Source: Trichoplax adhaerens
Taxonomy: Eukaryota > Animalia > Placozoa
Direction of reading: 5' to 3'
Assembly (NCBI RefSeq): GCF_000150275.1
Contig: NW_002060946.1
Location: 491,562-555,561, forward strand
Length of the DNA: 64,000 nucleotides
The notes beneath the pieces were generated by a model that saw nothing but the letters and a program-made list of their open reading frames with translations, had not been told where the DNA came from and did no database searches. A program made the position numbers and the translations under genes. Positions 22,301 through 35,708 of this stretch are shown here, in pieces. Numbering within the stretch: position 1 is the first letter of the stretch; every line of letters starts with the position of its first letter.

Positions 22301-24184
22301 ATTAAAATTAAAATTTCGATCATAAATTCGTTTTTCCTATCACCCTATCCGTATAATTTGTTAGTCATTAAGGAATAATGATGCTTAAATCCACAGAGTC
22401 GCAATATTAATTATAGTTTCGATACAATGATGAGAGAAATCCAAGAGTCTTTCAATTAATAAGGAATTCTCATTATAATTCTATAATGACTAATCGTAAT
22501 ATGTAACACTCCAAATTGTAATAAGAGCCATGGGATTTATTATGTACCACTAAAAATAACTTTCGAATACTATATTAAATGCCTTATTTATTTAATCCTG
22601 CTTAAGTAATTGTGAATCAATCCAAAGAAATAACAACATACTAAATTATGTATCTTAAAAATTTTTCTGACGACAATATTTATCATTATAGAGTATAAGG
22701 ATTGGTTTGTATAATTACAGTTTCTTATCGCACGTGAAGGATATCTACAAATGCTAGGTTTTCCTTGGTTAGATGGACGTTGTATTGGTTTTAAGACAGG
22801 ATAGAATGAGGTAGAGAATTTCTGGGATGGAGTTTAAGACTCATTATTTGGAAAGTTTTCGAAGTCAAGATAGTGTTAAATTATTTTTGGGCTAGTAAAT
22901 ATTAATTAATACTAATTTGATATGATTTAAATTAAATAATTTTAAGGCATAATGTGTATGATTAGATTATGTAATGTAATTAGAATTCTTGAACATATTA
23001 AATATGATCGTTTTGTAAGCAATATGATTCATAACATAAGGCATGTATTTATCTTAGTAGCCGCCAAATACAATCATTACTTTCATTCCCGGCATGCTTA
23101 AAAGTTAAGTTTGCATTGCTACAGTTTCCATATGTCTAATTAACTATCGTACTATAATTGACCTTTTACCTTTATCAGTAATATGACATATGACAAATAG
23201 TTCGATTCTATAAAAAAAACTAAGCATTCTCTAGAAAAAAACAGTTACTGAGTAATTTTGTTAATCTAACTAATTAACGGTAACTAATTATGCAAATAGT
23301 CATATGTGCTGAGTGAGCACATCAAATGAGATTGGGCGATAACATTATATAAAATCAGTTATCGTACCCTAGACATGCAATTTATTGTCTGTAATAAGTA
23401 ATTATGCCTTGATATGCAGCTTCTTAGCTACTATGACTTGAGACGTTTAAGAATCAATTACTATACCCACAGATATTGTTGTTTCTGATAAAATTGATCG
23501 TTCTCTAAAGTTATTGTTATGAACTTACTTATTAGTACCGTCCGGTTTGGTATAAGAACTCTTGTAAAGACCGTTAAGAACGGTTGATAATGGAGCTTTA
23601 AAGTCAAATCGGACATAATAAGTACCAGCTCCTACAGCATTGTTTAATGCAACATAGTAATAGTCATTAGGTTTAAAGCCTTTGTGTTCTTTAATAGATA
23701 GCTTATTCTGTAAAGCTTGATCAGTAGCAACTTGAGGTGTTGTAGTTATTTCCATATCCTTGATGTGAAAAATAAAAATGTCGGTTTGTGATGTAACATT
23801 CAATTCAGCGACATTACTACCAGTAAAAGTTAAGGCAGTCATGTCGATTTCTAAGGTGAACCAATATTGGATTGGAATGACATTCTTTGGCAAGCGAATA
23901 TTATTCACTGCTGCGTAAGGCGATATAGGCTTTGCTGTTGTAGGTTTAGCAGTAGCACCTTTCGTTGTTGGAGCCATCGTTGTCGGAGCCATAGTAGTAA
24001 CAGCTTCAGTGCTTCCATGGCCGCTAGTTTGATTTCCTTGAGATAACACTCCAGCCAAAACACCTACAAGAACAATTACACCTATAACAATTATAGCTAG
24101 AATAAGTGCCTTCTTCTTGGATATAAAGTATCCATTAGGCTGCTTAGTTTGTGTTTCGAAATCTCCTTTTTCGTCAGTTGCCAT
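16311..24184 (-). CDS. Type II membrane M1 zinc aminopeptidase (aminopeptidase N / ANPEP-ENPEP family), ~20 exons
   Basis: Exon 1 (24184-23529) encodes GYFISK, a TM anchor, a Thr-rich stalk and RLPKNVIP. Following exons: 22280-22090, 21487-21402, 21264-21144, 20706-20552 ([17 protein letters not shown]), 20343-20230 ([19 protein letters not shown]), 19966-19832 (FDAISYSK). Further exons continue to a last exon ~16457-16311 ending AWLKKNTN*. Confidence 0.92.
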
Positions 24185-27100
24185 GCTTTCTTACTATGCC
24201 ACAAGAACAAATTGCACCTTGTCTTTATGGTTTAATCAAGAGCTAAAAAAGTTACAAGCACACTGCGCTACCCACAGTAACAGATTGTTAATGCTCTTTG
24301 TCGTAACCTTAAATATCGTATATTACCAACTGTTCACTATTTAATTATTAGAAATCATCTTTAACGTATTTAACACGTGATTTAGCAAAATGTGTATTTT
24401 AGACGAACATCAACAGATGGTAGAAAGTTAAAGTGGAAATTTTAATATCATAACCAGATAGTTAGAACTAGAGAAATGTATTTCACAAGTCACATGATAT
24501 ATTTGATCGCTAACGATTGTCACATATGAGTAGGAATTGTTGACTTTGTTTAGTTTCCTCTTTACTGCAGCTAGCCAATAGGTTATGAGCTTGATAGACT
24601 GAGCATATCGTAATTAGGTAAATATAAAGTGATTCATTATTACAGGAATGTACATCAAGCAGCGACTAGGTGTGGTATAAGTGATAAATATACAACGCAT
24701 TTTTTTGTTTTATTCGAAATTGCATTTACTTCTAGTGAATCATGGTGAGCACATGGAATTAATATCCTGTTCTAGGTGCTATCAGTTATTGCGATATTTC
24801 CAATAGATTTTTTCCATTAGTAGAAATCCCTGTCTATGAAGCTAAGTTAGGCATCTTACAAGAAAGGCTTATATGGATAAATGGAGTAGATTATTACCAT
24901 AGGTTAGCTAAAGTAACAAATTGATATCATAAGCGATATAAAATGGGTATGGTATGAAAATCCGTGAAAGACAAACTTACAATAAAAGCATCATTGCAAT
25001 CGTATTTGCATATCAGTATGATAACGTTTTGTATCTAAAAGTTAACATATGTCACGTATACTATTCTGTATTGAGATTCTCTTCTTGGAAAGACCTTAAA
25101 ATCGATATTGGTAATGAGACAGTAGAAAATTTTAAGTCCTGCTTTATTTTATGAAAATAGCCAAATAAGTGATCTATAGCATTTGGTCAAAAAATAAAAT
25201 CGCGCCCGAACAATAAAGTTCTAAAATGCGATCACATAAAATATCTAGCAAAATTATGTTTCAGGTGTGATTATAACCAACACCGTACTAATTTTCATAA
25301 GTAAAGTAGGGTAGTCTTGAATTGCTACAAATTGCTATTATCGTAACTTACGATAATAATAGACATTTCGATAAGATGGCCTTTAGCAAACAAATAAACT
25401 GATGTTGTTGAATATTATTTACATGATCTACGTTGCATATAGAGCTTTTATAGGACGACTTGATAAATACTTTCTAAAATTCTTGAAGTTGTACAACCGA
25501 ATGTAAATTCAAAATATTATGTGATTACGATCTAACCAATAACATAATCACGATAATTTCTATTTCAGCGAAAAGGTGATGATACGAAGATCGAAGTGTA
25601 TATCATCATATCGATATACAGCATTAAAAGTTAGTAACTGTTAATTTAATTTCAATTCATTTAATCTAATTTGAAAGGTAGACTATAATATATATAATTA
25701 ATTTATTTACGTTAGACTAGACAGGCAAGGCCGTTAGAGGCTTGTAGTTTAATAATAATTCATGAAGTGCAATTCTTGATTATGACTGAATTTGAACCAT
25801 TAAAAATATTTTAACAACCCATTGATTAAGATGATAGAAAATTCTTATTATGTTTGGATGTCAGTTATTCTATGCATAAAAGTTAGGAAATTTTAATACC
25901 TAAATTAATAGTTCCATTGTGTATCGAACTGATTATTAAATCAACCTTAGCCAGGACTTTGGCTTCGATTGCATCATAATGTGTCATATTCATGTTTATA
26001 TAAAGTAATTTTATGAAGTGACTCTTGATAATTATAATATGCTACATAATATGATTTTATCGGAAAAATTACAGATAGCTGAGAGAGATATCTTTCATGG
26101 CAAATCTTGCAGAGATTGAGATCTTGCACAGTATATTATAATGATGGAAAAAAATCTTCAGAAGATAACAAATTACTACTCTACTGTTGCGATATACTCA
26201 GCTATGAGCTATTTTGAGTTACCTAGCAATCTACCCAATCGAAGGTTGTACAGCATTCCTACTCAGCTATATTTGATTATTCTATCGCTTCTTTATGTAT
26301 ATGTAGCACATATAAATGGATATATGCATCATGCACTAGCTGCAGTTTATTCCTAGATAAATAAATTTCATTCTCTGATAGTCAGAACTTTTGATGTCAT
26401 TTCAGAGCTATCGATTATACTGCTAGCCATTAGTCTTTACATAGTTTATCCACTTCCTAGAGGATGGATTAATTCCTCTCGTAATTGTCATCTTGCCTTA
26501 TGGTACAATTCATATTGTCAGACATATTGTATGCAAAATTTTTTCACATTTTAAATTTTGTACTGTCTAAATTGTAAGATAAGTAGCTTATACTATAGCA
26601 CAGTAGAGATCTAAGTGTTCTTAGAATCTGAATTCTGCTATCGTATCGGTGACAATAATTATAATTTAATTGCTCTATGTATTAATTAGCCGTCGTAGAA
26701 TATAGCATAGTATCTATACGCAGATCACTAATATTACTTGATCGCATCCAATAGCATTGGATCAAGTACCAGGTCGGGAATCCTTTGTGTTATACTGTAT
26801 TAATTGATCAAAGACGCATTCTTGTAGGACACAGTACTTACCGTAGCTGTAAGATAATTGCATTCGATTAGCGCTATAATGGCGTAGGTTTATAATTACG
26901 CCACATCATATTTGATTACTAAATCTTTATGGTCTTTAAGGCGTAGGTGTTGAACCCTGGTGCTGCCTGATACTACGTATTTTGTTCCGGAACCGGAATG
27001 TAAACAGGTTACACAGATCCTGCAATAGGCCACCAGAAAAATAACCTCCTATTACATTACTCCCTGATCATGAAATGTAAACAGGCTATGCAAACGCTCC

Positions 27101-27618
27101 TATGAGCTACTAGAAAAAAACGAGATCAATGCACAATACTATGTAGAAGTGACTGCCTATAGTAAAATACATCTATAACTCTACAACATAGGGAATCGAG
27201 CATAGGCCTTCGACGTTAATTCGTAGTATTCCTCTATTTAATAATCATTCTCATTTACTGTCCCTAAATAAAATCTTGTATTATAACAATACAAAAATCA
27301 CGTTAATAGTTTTCAAATGCATATCATAAATACTGAGTAATTTCATAAATATTTCACTGCTGGAGCGTGAATCAATGAATTAATTTTATTATTAATGGTG
27401 GTTAGGATCATCACGTCAAGATCTACAAATGTCGCTATGGTCCTATATGACCCCTTGTCCGTCTCTCGTACATGGTACACTATCCTACTTTAATAACCCA
27501 TATATGGCACTTTACCTTACTCTACACTATAGTAAGGTAATCCAGTGGAAGTCTGTAGCCATGGGGATTCGAGATACCCATAGTCTGCCAGTATCGTCTT
27601 CCATCTACTACTCCCAAC

Positions 27619-30600
27619 ATGTCAACAACCTGGTGGAGCGATGAATGGAGCAAATTTATCGAGTGCTATCGTCATAGTAATCATGAATTGAGTTTCGATC
27701 CATCTAAGGTATGTCTATATATAATATGATTAAGTCTATCGCTTTTATAAGGGTAACAACAGTCACTATTTTGCTAATGTCTCTCCTCATTGACTCGATC
27801 GCATTGAATGCATGGATGCCGTAGGTGACATTGGAAATTGTACAGTCAATCGAGAATGACAACTCCACTGACAGCCTTACTTTGGTCTTAACGACTATAT
27901 GTCAATTAATGATGAGCTTTAAAGCTGAAAAAAAGGCCATAATTGAGCTAAGGTTTATACTAGATTGGATAACGATAATAATTTGGCTAGATTTATTTCT
28001 AAATAACGTTGTCTTAAATGTAGAAATCTATGCAATCGTATTCCAAAATGGTGCTCAGCTGGTTGTTTCTATCGGACGATTCACTCTTTATTGGATGAGC
28101 AATTGTATTGGAGTCAAGAATCACATTATGCGGTATAAAATTACTGAGGTACTGTAATATTTCAATAGTTGCGTTAAGTAACATGAGATATTTCTCACCC
28201 TATGGACAGAAAACGCTGACAGACGTGGTACAGTGTATTATAGTCAGTGATAACGCATCGGAATGGCTGTTGGAAGAGCCACCTAATTCACATGATAATC
28301 AACATCAAAATGATCTACTAATGTTTTGTGCCAATCTAATAAGGGAATTACATCTGATAAAGTTAAAAGATGAAAATGATGGTGAGAAGATACTATATTC
28401 GGATAATTGTATAAATGCAATGTGATACTACTACAATTATTTAGTACAACAAATAGCTTAAAACCTGATATCGCTTGTGTAGTACTAAATCCTAGAGACG
28501 TTGAACTATATAACACCAAAGCCTACTTCAGCATACACATTTTGGCATCCTTATTACGTTGTGGAATTACGAAATCTGATAACTGCGAAGGGGAAGGAAA
28601 TAACTGTACTCTTGTTTGGTCGTTAGTTAGAAAGATTGCCTGCTCTGCTTTCATATTCTTTGCAGCATGTCATAGTAATGAGGTCAATTATGCAAATAAG
28701 AATCTACCATGGATTACACCTGAAGCAATTGAATATATTGATGGTAAGAAAGTAATCCTGCAGTAGTGTAATTTTTTCACGTTTAGGTGAAAACAAGTGC
28801 AAAGGACGGTCATAACAGCTCTAAGTATTTCTAATACATTCATTTACTACTGCGAAATGTTTCAGTTTCATCTACATGCTTATAACCATGACTTTTTATG
28901 TACTACCTCTTTAATTATGATTTTAGATTTAATATCCGCCCTGCTACGGACGTGTAATCTTAATAATGTTACGTCCTTATTAACTGGAGTAAATCGTTCG
29001 GAAAGAACTGCTAATAAAGGTAAGGATAAAATCTGAATAGTACATCAGAAGCGATCATTTGTCTCATAGTCATAAATTAAAAATTTTTACTGCAAATTAG
29101 GAAATTTTATCAATCGTTATCCAGATGGCTTCTTATCATTAATTATGAAAGAAATGCAGCCCTATATATGCCATTCTAACTGGAAATTATATCCAATAGC
29201 GAAATATTGTCTAGCTTGGATAATTTCTAACGTTAAGGCAAGGCAAAAATTATTCATTTACGTAAATCTTTATCCTTTTATATGTCAACGTACTAACTAA
29301 GAATCCTTTCTTTCAGCATCCACATTTAAATAATCACCTAGACTCTTGCCTTCCTACAATTTTAACTCTAATTGATGATCATCAGGTATCGCTTACTCCA
29401 TGTTTCACATTTGTGATAAAGGTTGCAAATAAACTTGTAATGCAAATAACCATGTAACATTGCCTATGGATTAAGTTATGTCGTTAAGCTGTATCCTATC
29501 TATTAATAGGTTGAGAATAAGATAATAAGCATCAAGTGCCTGAAACATGTTATTGACAATGTGGTAAAAAGACTATTCCACTACCAGTTTATTAATCACG
29601 AAAGCATTTTATAAGTTTACCTATTATATATTTGAATACCATGTAGGATGCTTCCGAGCTGAAACGATATGAACGAGCAAGTGTTATTTACCATGTCAGT
29701 CTATCAAAAAATAATACCTGACATATTTAGTCATTGTATTTCGTAAATAATATATTGTATTATCGTGTATTACACGTCATAGTTAGCAGTTAGCGTCGAC
29801 TTGAAATATTGTCCAATTTTTTTTGTGTTATCACAGGCACTATCGCAACAACTATATCTAAGAGAACCAACGCTGATACCTGTTCTTCATTCATGCTTGC
29901 TAAGTATCCTTGAAGTGATAGAAAAATCCCCAAGGGATTATAGAAATGCTCCTCGGAAGGTATTTGAGCCCTCTCAATTACTATCATATTAGCAAAGAAA
30001 ATTGATTTAAATGAATTATTTCACATATTTCAGTTCGATAATTTCGATAAAATTATATCTACCGTATTAAATTCAATGGAGTTTGAAAGCGAAATAGCAC
30101 TTCGTAAGGTAGGTCTCCTACATCATTGAGGTACCTTTTTAATTTATTGAAACATATAGTGCTCTGTATGAATAGAATTCTAATGTTGTTTAGGCTTATG
30201 CACAAAACTTGTACAAGTTTATCGAACATATGGGGATTTCGATAGTAAAGCACATCAACGTTAGTGACAAATGATTTATGTTTTGCTTTCCCGTACATAC
30301 TGTATCAGGTATGAGCATCGGTAATCTTGTAAATTTTCAGAAAATATTGTCGGTCCTGATATCATACTTGGAAGTCTATGATGGGCCTACTGAGCATATC
30401 CGATTTCTAATCCTTAAAGCTTTAAAGTACCTTATCATAGAAGCATGGCCTAGGTATTCCCTTATCTTGACAATGTTTTATTGTTAACTGAAATAACATT
30501 ACAATTTCTGATAAAAGAGCAAACCTAAACTTGCCGCCTTGCCGTTTTTTCGCAACTGTTTTGTAGAATTCCAGCTCATTTCGGAAAGATTTTTAAATCT

Positions 30601-31349
30601 TTATCACGATTGTTAATAGACGTTCGTGGTATTTCCGCGACTACAACTACTCCTATAGAAGGTTTGTCGTGCTAACCCTTGAAAGAGTATTTTCGTTTTG
30701 CGAGGTATAAAAGTGTCTGCTATACTAACATAATATAATCTTTGCGCTGTGTACTGGTATAATTCTGGAAAATATGCAAACTAGTTGAAAATAAACTATT
30801 TCATGACACCGTCCAAACGATGAAATTACTAAGCAAGTGTTGCCCGCAATTGTTTAAGGTATGACGACGTTTACGGCCAGTATCATAGCACACTGTAAAT
30901 ACCGATGCGTGCTAACTATTACCTTGCTAGAGAAACGTTTTGCAGTACTTCATTTTAACGTTACTACTGCCAATTATTCGAATCTTCAACCTATTCTCAA
31001 TTGTAACTTCATTGACTTCAAGGAATATATGCAAAGTATACGATCACTCAACATTCCGCCACTCGATGAATTTATCTCTCTGTACGAAAAAGTACATTCA
31101 GAGATCATTGAAATCGTAGATTTTATTAAAGGTATGCATAATATTAATTTATAAGGAGACAAAGTTATCATGAATTTCTTGCATTGCATTAAGACTTACG
31201 ACTACCCTGTGCTGATTTAATGTTGAAGTAGTATACAGTAATGATCATATTTAGAGGTAAATGAGGCTCGGTCAAAGAGATAATCCAGCCTTTCTTTTGT
31301 TACAGATTCACCAGATGCCATTACAGCCCTACGATTAGCTCTTTCTTAA
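27619..31349 (+). CDS. TTI2: TELO2-interacting protein 2 (TTT complex subunit), multi-exon
   Basis: The spliced core WIISNVK-HPHLNNHLDSCLPTILTLIDDHQ-VENKIISIKCLKHVIDNV-DASELKRYERASVIYH-ALSQQLYLREP...IEAWPR resembles the conserved TTI2 region. Putative exon 1 is 27619-27708. The 3' end is uncertain: stop at 31154 if unspliced, or 31349 via a final exon 31306-31349. Confidence 0.8.
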
Positions 31350-31890
31350 TCATATTCCTTGTTTTGATTAGTAGCTATCACTCCTGGTTGAATTAACTCA
31401 TTGCACTGTACGATAAGGTTACGATCATGTAAAGATTTATTATAGGTGTATGATAGCGAGGGTATCCTTGATAGGATTGTAAAGATCGTCACATGCACGG
31501 TCAAAGTTTATTTCCTACTATAAATCAATACATTTCTCGTAACTGTATTTTATATCAAGTTTGGAATAGCATAACGTTATTATCCGCTCAATCTAGAAGA
31601 TATTTGCAATGCTGTATTATAGAGTAACGTGTACAAAGGATATACTCACACCAATAATTGCAAACATACAACATTAAGTTTATATGAGATAATTTACAAG
31701 TAGCTAAATTTTTTAGTGATTTATACATAAAATAACAATGTTAAATTTGTTCAGCAGCTATCAAGAACTGTCAATACTTTGAGTTATTGCAAATAGACTC
31801 CGATTTATCCATTTAACGATGCCAATAACATATAACTGATGCTGTTAACCGTTTTCATGATTAATAAAATTACTGATTGACACCCAATTA

Positions 31891-33267
31891 TTACTTTAAG
31901 GAATCCTTGATAATATCGTTGATTTTTTCAGGACTATTCTTTAAACCAAAGAAGACACTGTTAACTCCACTATTCCAATATTCTTTGAGCTTCTCTGTAG
32001 CCACATTATCCTGTAAAGGAACGAGTACTGTCCATTAGTCATAGCGCCATATAATACTATAGGTGAACAAGTTTTGCATTTAGCTCACGTTTACAATGTA
32101 ACTGTGCCCATCATCTGCATTATAATTTCACAATGAAGAAACTTTAACAGCTATATATTTTACATGAATACATAGTACATGGTACACAGTAATCATCCTG
32201 ATTAAAGTAAAGCTAGGTCCTATATACCGTATATTAAAATACAGTATCATCGTCTAAGCTACTGGTACTGGGTAATGGTCTAGCCACTTAAGGTTAATAC
32301 AAGCATATACTGTACAGTAGTAGGAAATACTGCTAGTATCAGATATAAAAGTTAGGCAGCTCAAGATCCGTTTGCTGTAGATAGTCCCTAATCTGTCTTC
32401 AATTCGTCGCAATAGTGTGGAATTGCTAACTATCGATACAAATACATTTAAAACTAGTTCAACTTTGCTAGTATCAGATCTAGTGTTAATATCTAGGTAT
32501 TGCGTCTGAAGATGTATACGTAAATAATCTTGACAATATAATTGTACACATCGCCTGCATTCTAGTTTACGAGAAAGATTCAATTCATCGTAACAGTATA
32601 CTGTAGAGTTGCTAGCTAACGACACAAAAACGTTCAAAACTAGTTGAACTTTGTTAGCATCAGATCTGGTATAAGTACTGTATAAGTATGTTAAAATATC
32701 GATGTCTAGGCCAGTGGATAGAAGCCTGATTACTTCAAGCTACTACCATACCGTATGGGAGGAGATCTTATTTGCTAGGATGATGAGAGAGAGGAGTTTG
32801 ATTAGACAGCTCTATTTACTGTCGGCAGTGTATCATCTGTCTTCAATACGTCGTAATAGCGCGGAATAACTTTATAACTAGTTAATCTTTGATAGGGTGA
32901 GATCTAGCATACGATCTCGTTCTAGCTGGAAATGAATAGTGGCATTTATCGCAAAAATATGGACCCTCAAACTGTAGGTAAACAACATCTCACAAGACCA
33001 ACTATCATCCTGGTATGATCAACGATTTAACCCAATGTTTCAATTACTTACTCTTAAATTAGATAATCTGTCCTCAGCTGCCATTTTCTCCGCTTGATTC
33101 AATTGGGGTAAAAAGGTTGCTTTGACTTTATTATAAACTTCACCGCTGTTATTGGTAGAATTGCTCCATAATCCTTCCACAACAGTCAAGTAGACTGCAC
33201 CTACTCCAATACCCACTTTGAAGGCAAATTTAGCAAGTCTAAATGATCGACTTCCACTCGACGCCAT
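31891..33267 (-). CDS. MICOS13: MICOS complex subunit MIC13 (QIL1), 2 exons, 111 aa
   Basis: Exon 1 (33267-33052) has KFAFKVGIGVGAVYLTVVEGLWS (GxxxG TM) and ends at a GTAAGT donor. Exon 2 (32010-31891) encodes DNVATEKLKEYWNSGVNSVFFGLKNSPEK, containing the conserved WN-G motif. Confidence 0.85.
32330..32910. repeat. Degenerate dispersed direct repeats within the MICOS13 intron
   Basis: aaaactagtt.aactttg.tag.atcagatct recurs at ~32450 and ~32636 with a degenerate copy near 32875. atctgtcttcaat.cgtcg.aatag recurs at ~32392 and ~32836. Confidence 0.65.
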
Positions 33268-33904
33268 CGATTTATGTCTGTTTAATTACAAGCTGTCTTC
33301 AATAACCGATCTCTCACTGAATTCCGATAATAGAATAGCGTAAAAACTACTCTTTAAGGAGATCAATCTAACCACAAGGAACTTACCTCCCTACAGGAGT
33401 ACTATTTTCATCCAATATGGGGATGCCTTTAACTTAAATGTTGCAGGAACAGTTAGAGAGTTGATCAATTTGAGTAGTAGCCAATAATCGCACTGATGAT
33501 GCTATAGTACTCGCTATAACTTCGAGTCAAGAATGTAGCACAATACTATCCATAGTATAGCTGTCGGCTCCGGTAATCATTTTTTCAACGGTGCCAGAGA
33601 GGCTATGCCGCTGTCTGTTCCGTCTGTTACATGACGTAACCATGCTGCAGATCACAGCGTCTGCGCAGTAAAAGAGCGAAATTTTAATGTTTTCGCTCCA
33701 ATATGGCGTTGAATTTTAATTTTGGGATTTGTATGCATTCATCCAACAGTAAATCACCAAAAAAATTCGCACTCTTATATTGCCGGTGAAATTGATTAAC
33801 TACCGTACTATATATCAGGTATATACTGTTTAAGATGGCCGTATTACTATAGTGTACTATAGTTGATTCATTATATGCTTTCTTTTGCTATGCTACTATA
33901 CTGT

Positions 33905-34140
33905 ATGATAAGATATTGCCTGCTCTACCTGTGATATACTGTAGAATTATAGGTATTAGCTGCTTCTTTACTGAATAAATAAATAATAATTACTACTAGA
34001 TTATAGGGATATACATAATAAGATTATGCCTGCTGTACCTGTGATATACTGTAAAATTACAGATATTAACCGCTTCTTTACTAAATAAGCAATGATTGCC
34101 ACTAAATGATAGGGATATACATAATAATAAGATTATACCG
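33905..34140. repeat. ~110-bp tandem duplication
   Basis: gcctgct.tacctgtgatatactgta.aatta..g.tatta.c.gcttctttact.aataa...tagggatatacataataa occurs twice. Confidence 0.75.
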
Positions 34141-35708
34141 ATAAATAAGAGCATATAAGCGCAATCATAATTGCATATTTGCATCTGTTACATTTTGGAC
34201 AAGCATTTTAGTGCTAAGGACCTTATGCACATACAACAAGAACGCTTTTGCAAATGGGAGAATATGCTGATTACATATTGCGTATAGCTACTGTGCTTAG
34301 TTTGAATACTGTAGGCAAAAAAAATTGAGAAAGTTCCTTTTTTTTGAGACAGTGAATGTTATAAGAGCCTTAAATAGTAAATCATATAATTGTACTATAA
34401 TATTACAATAAAGCTTTTGAAAATGAGAGAATATACCGATTACATAATTGTATCTGTTGTGCTTTGGGTGAGTATTTGAATACTGCACGCAAAGAATATA
34501 AGAAAATTCCCCTGTTTGTAATAGTAAATGTTATACAGGTCGTATACATATGCATTATTATGCAACGGCGCCTCATTAACGTCTCTAAAAATATTGAAAT
34601 TTGCTGATGATGCCTTCACAGTCATCATCTTTTGGATCAGCATTTTGGTACAATACTTGAAGAATATGAGCAATGGTCACTATCGTAACAATAAATGTTA
34701 TAAGAACCTTCTGGGTATGTACAGTATATTATTAATTTATATTATATTTGTAATGTAACATTACAATAATGCCCCTGAAGTATGAGAATATGCCGCTCTA
34801 CACATATGAATGAGCTGTTAGTAATACTCTACTAACCGCCACAATAGATCAAATAGTCGTTAGTTTTCCTACTCACAGACCATGTTTATATCATTCATTT
34901 ATTCAATTATTTGTTCTGATATCTCTATAAATCTGTCATCATTGCACATATACATATAATTGACTAATTGACCTAGTTCACCGAAAGAATCAGAGCGATG
35001 TGTATGATCGAGATGGGAGCTATTGTACTGCAGATAGTAGTCCATAATTAGTAGAAATCTATGTTATCATATACCACTGACTACCAACTGTTTGGTCCAG
35101 TGGTAAAATCTATTAATTCTACTGGGTATTCTGCTTTAAAGCCGCTAGAAAACTATTTGTTAGCAACTTTCCAGAATAGAGTTAACTAGGCGATATCGAC
35201 TAGATCAGCGACTCTTTGCAAAAATTAAAAGTGACAACACCATTTATGGTACAATAATGCTCAATGTTGGCATTAATAAGGTCCTTAACGTAGACCCAAT
35301 TTAGACTGCTACACTGTGCCATCACAAGCCACCAAGTTACAAACTTCATTCTAACCTTACTCAGTAACACTAATTTAGATATAGTAACGAAAATACCTGC
35401 CTATATATGGTATTACGGTTTAAGATCCCTATAAAGGAATATAATCCTTTAAAATTTTGTTGCAAATAGCAATCCAGCGTAGCTACTGCCAACCAGTACA
35501 GTATAATCAAATTAGTCGACTTCCTAAAATAAAGAAATTCTCCATATAGCAATGCTATAACTTTTCATTTTTACTATCGTGAATGTCAATACAGGGTACT
35601 CCTAGAATGCTATATTACGATAGCAACGAGATGACGGGATGTTATGAAAAAAACGCATATAAGTAGTTTATCAATTCTTCTTTACGTCTTATTAATTGAC
35701 GCTCAGCC

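Noticed and set aside
26940-27090. Possible tRNA-like or promoter element (gttgaaccc; two TGTAAACA Fox-like sites)
   Set aside because: No cloverleaf or A/B boxes could be built, and two 8-mers in AT-rich DNA are insufficient evidence.
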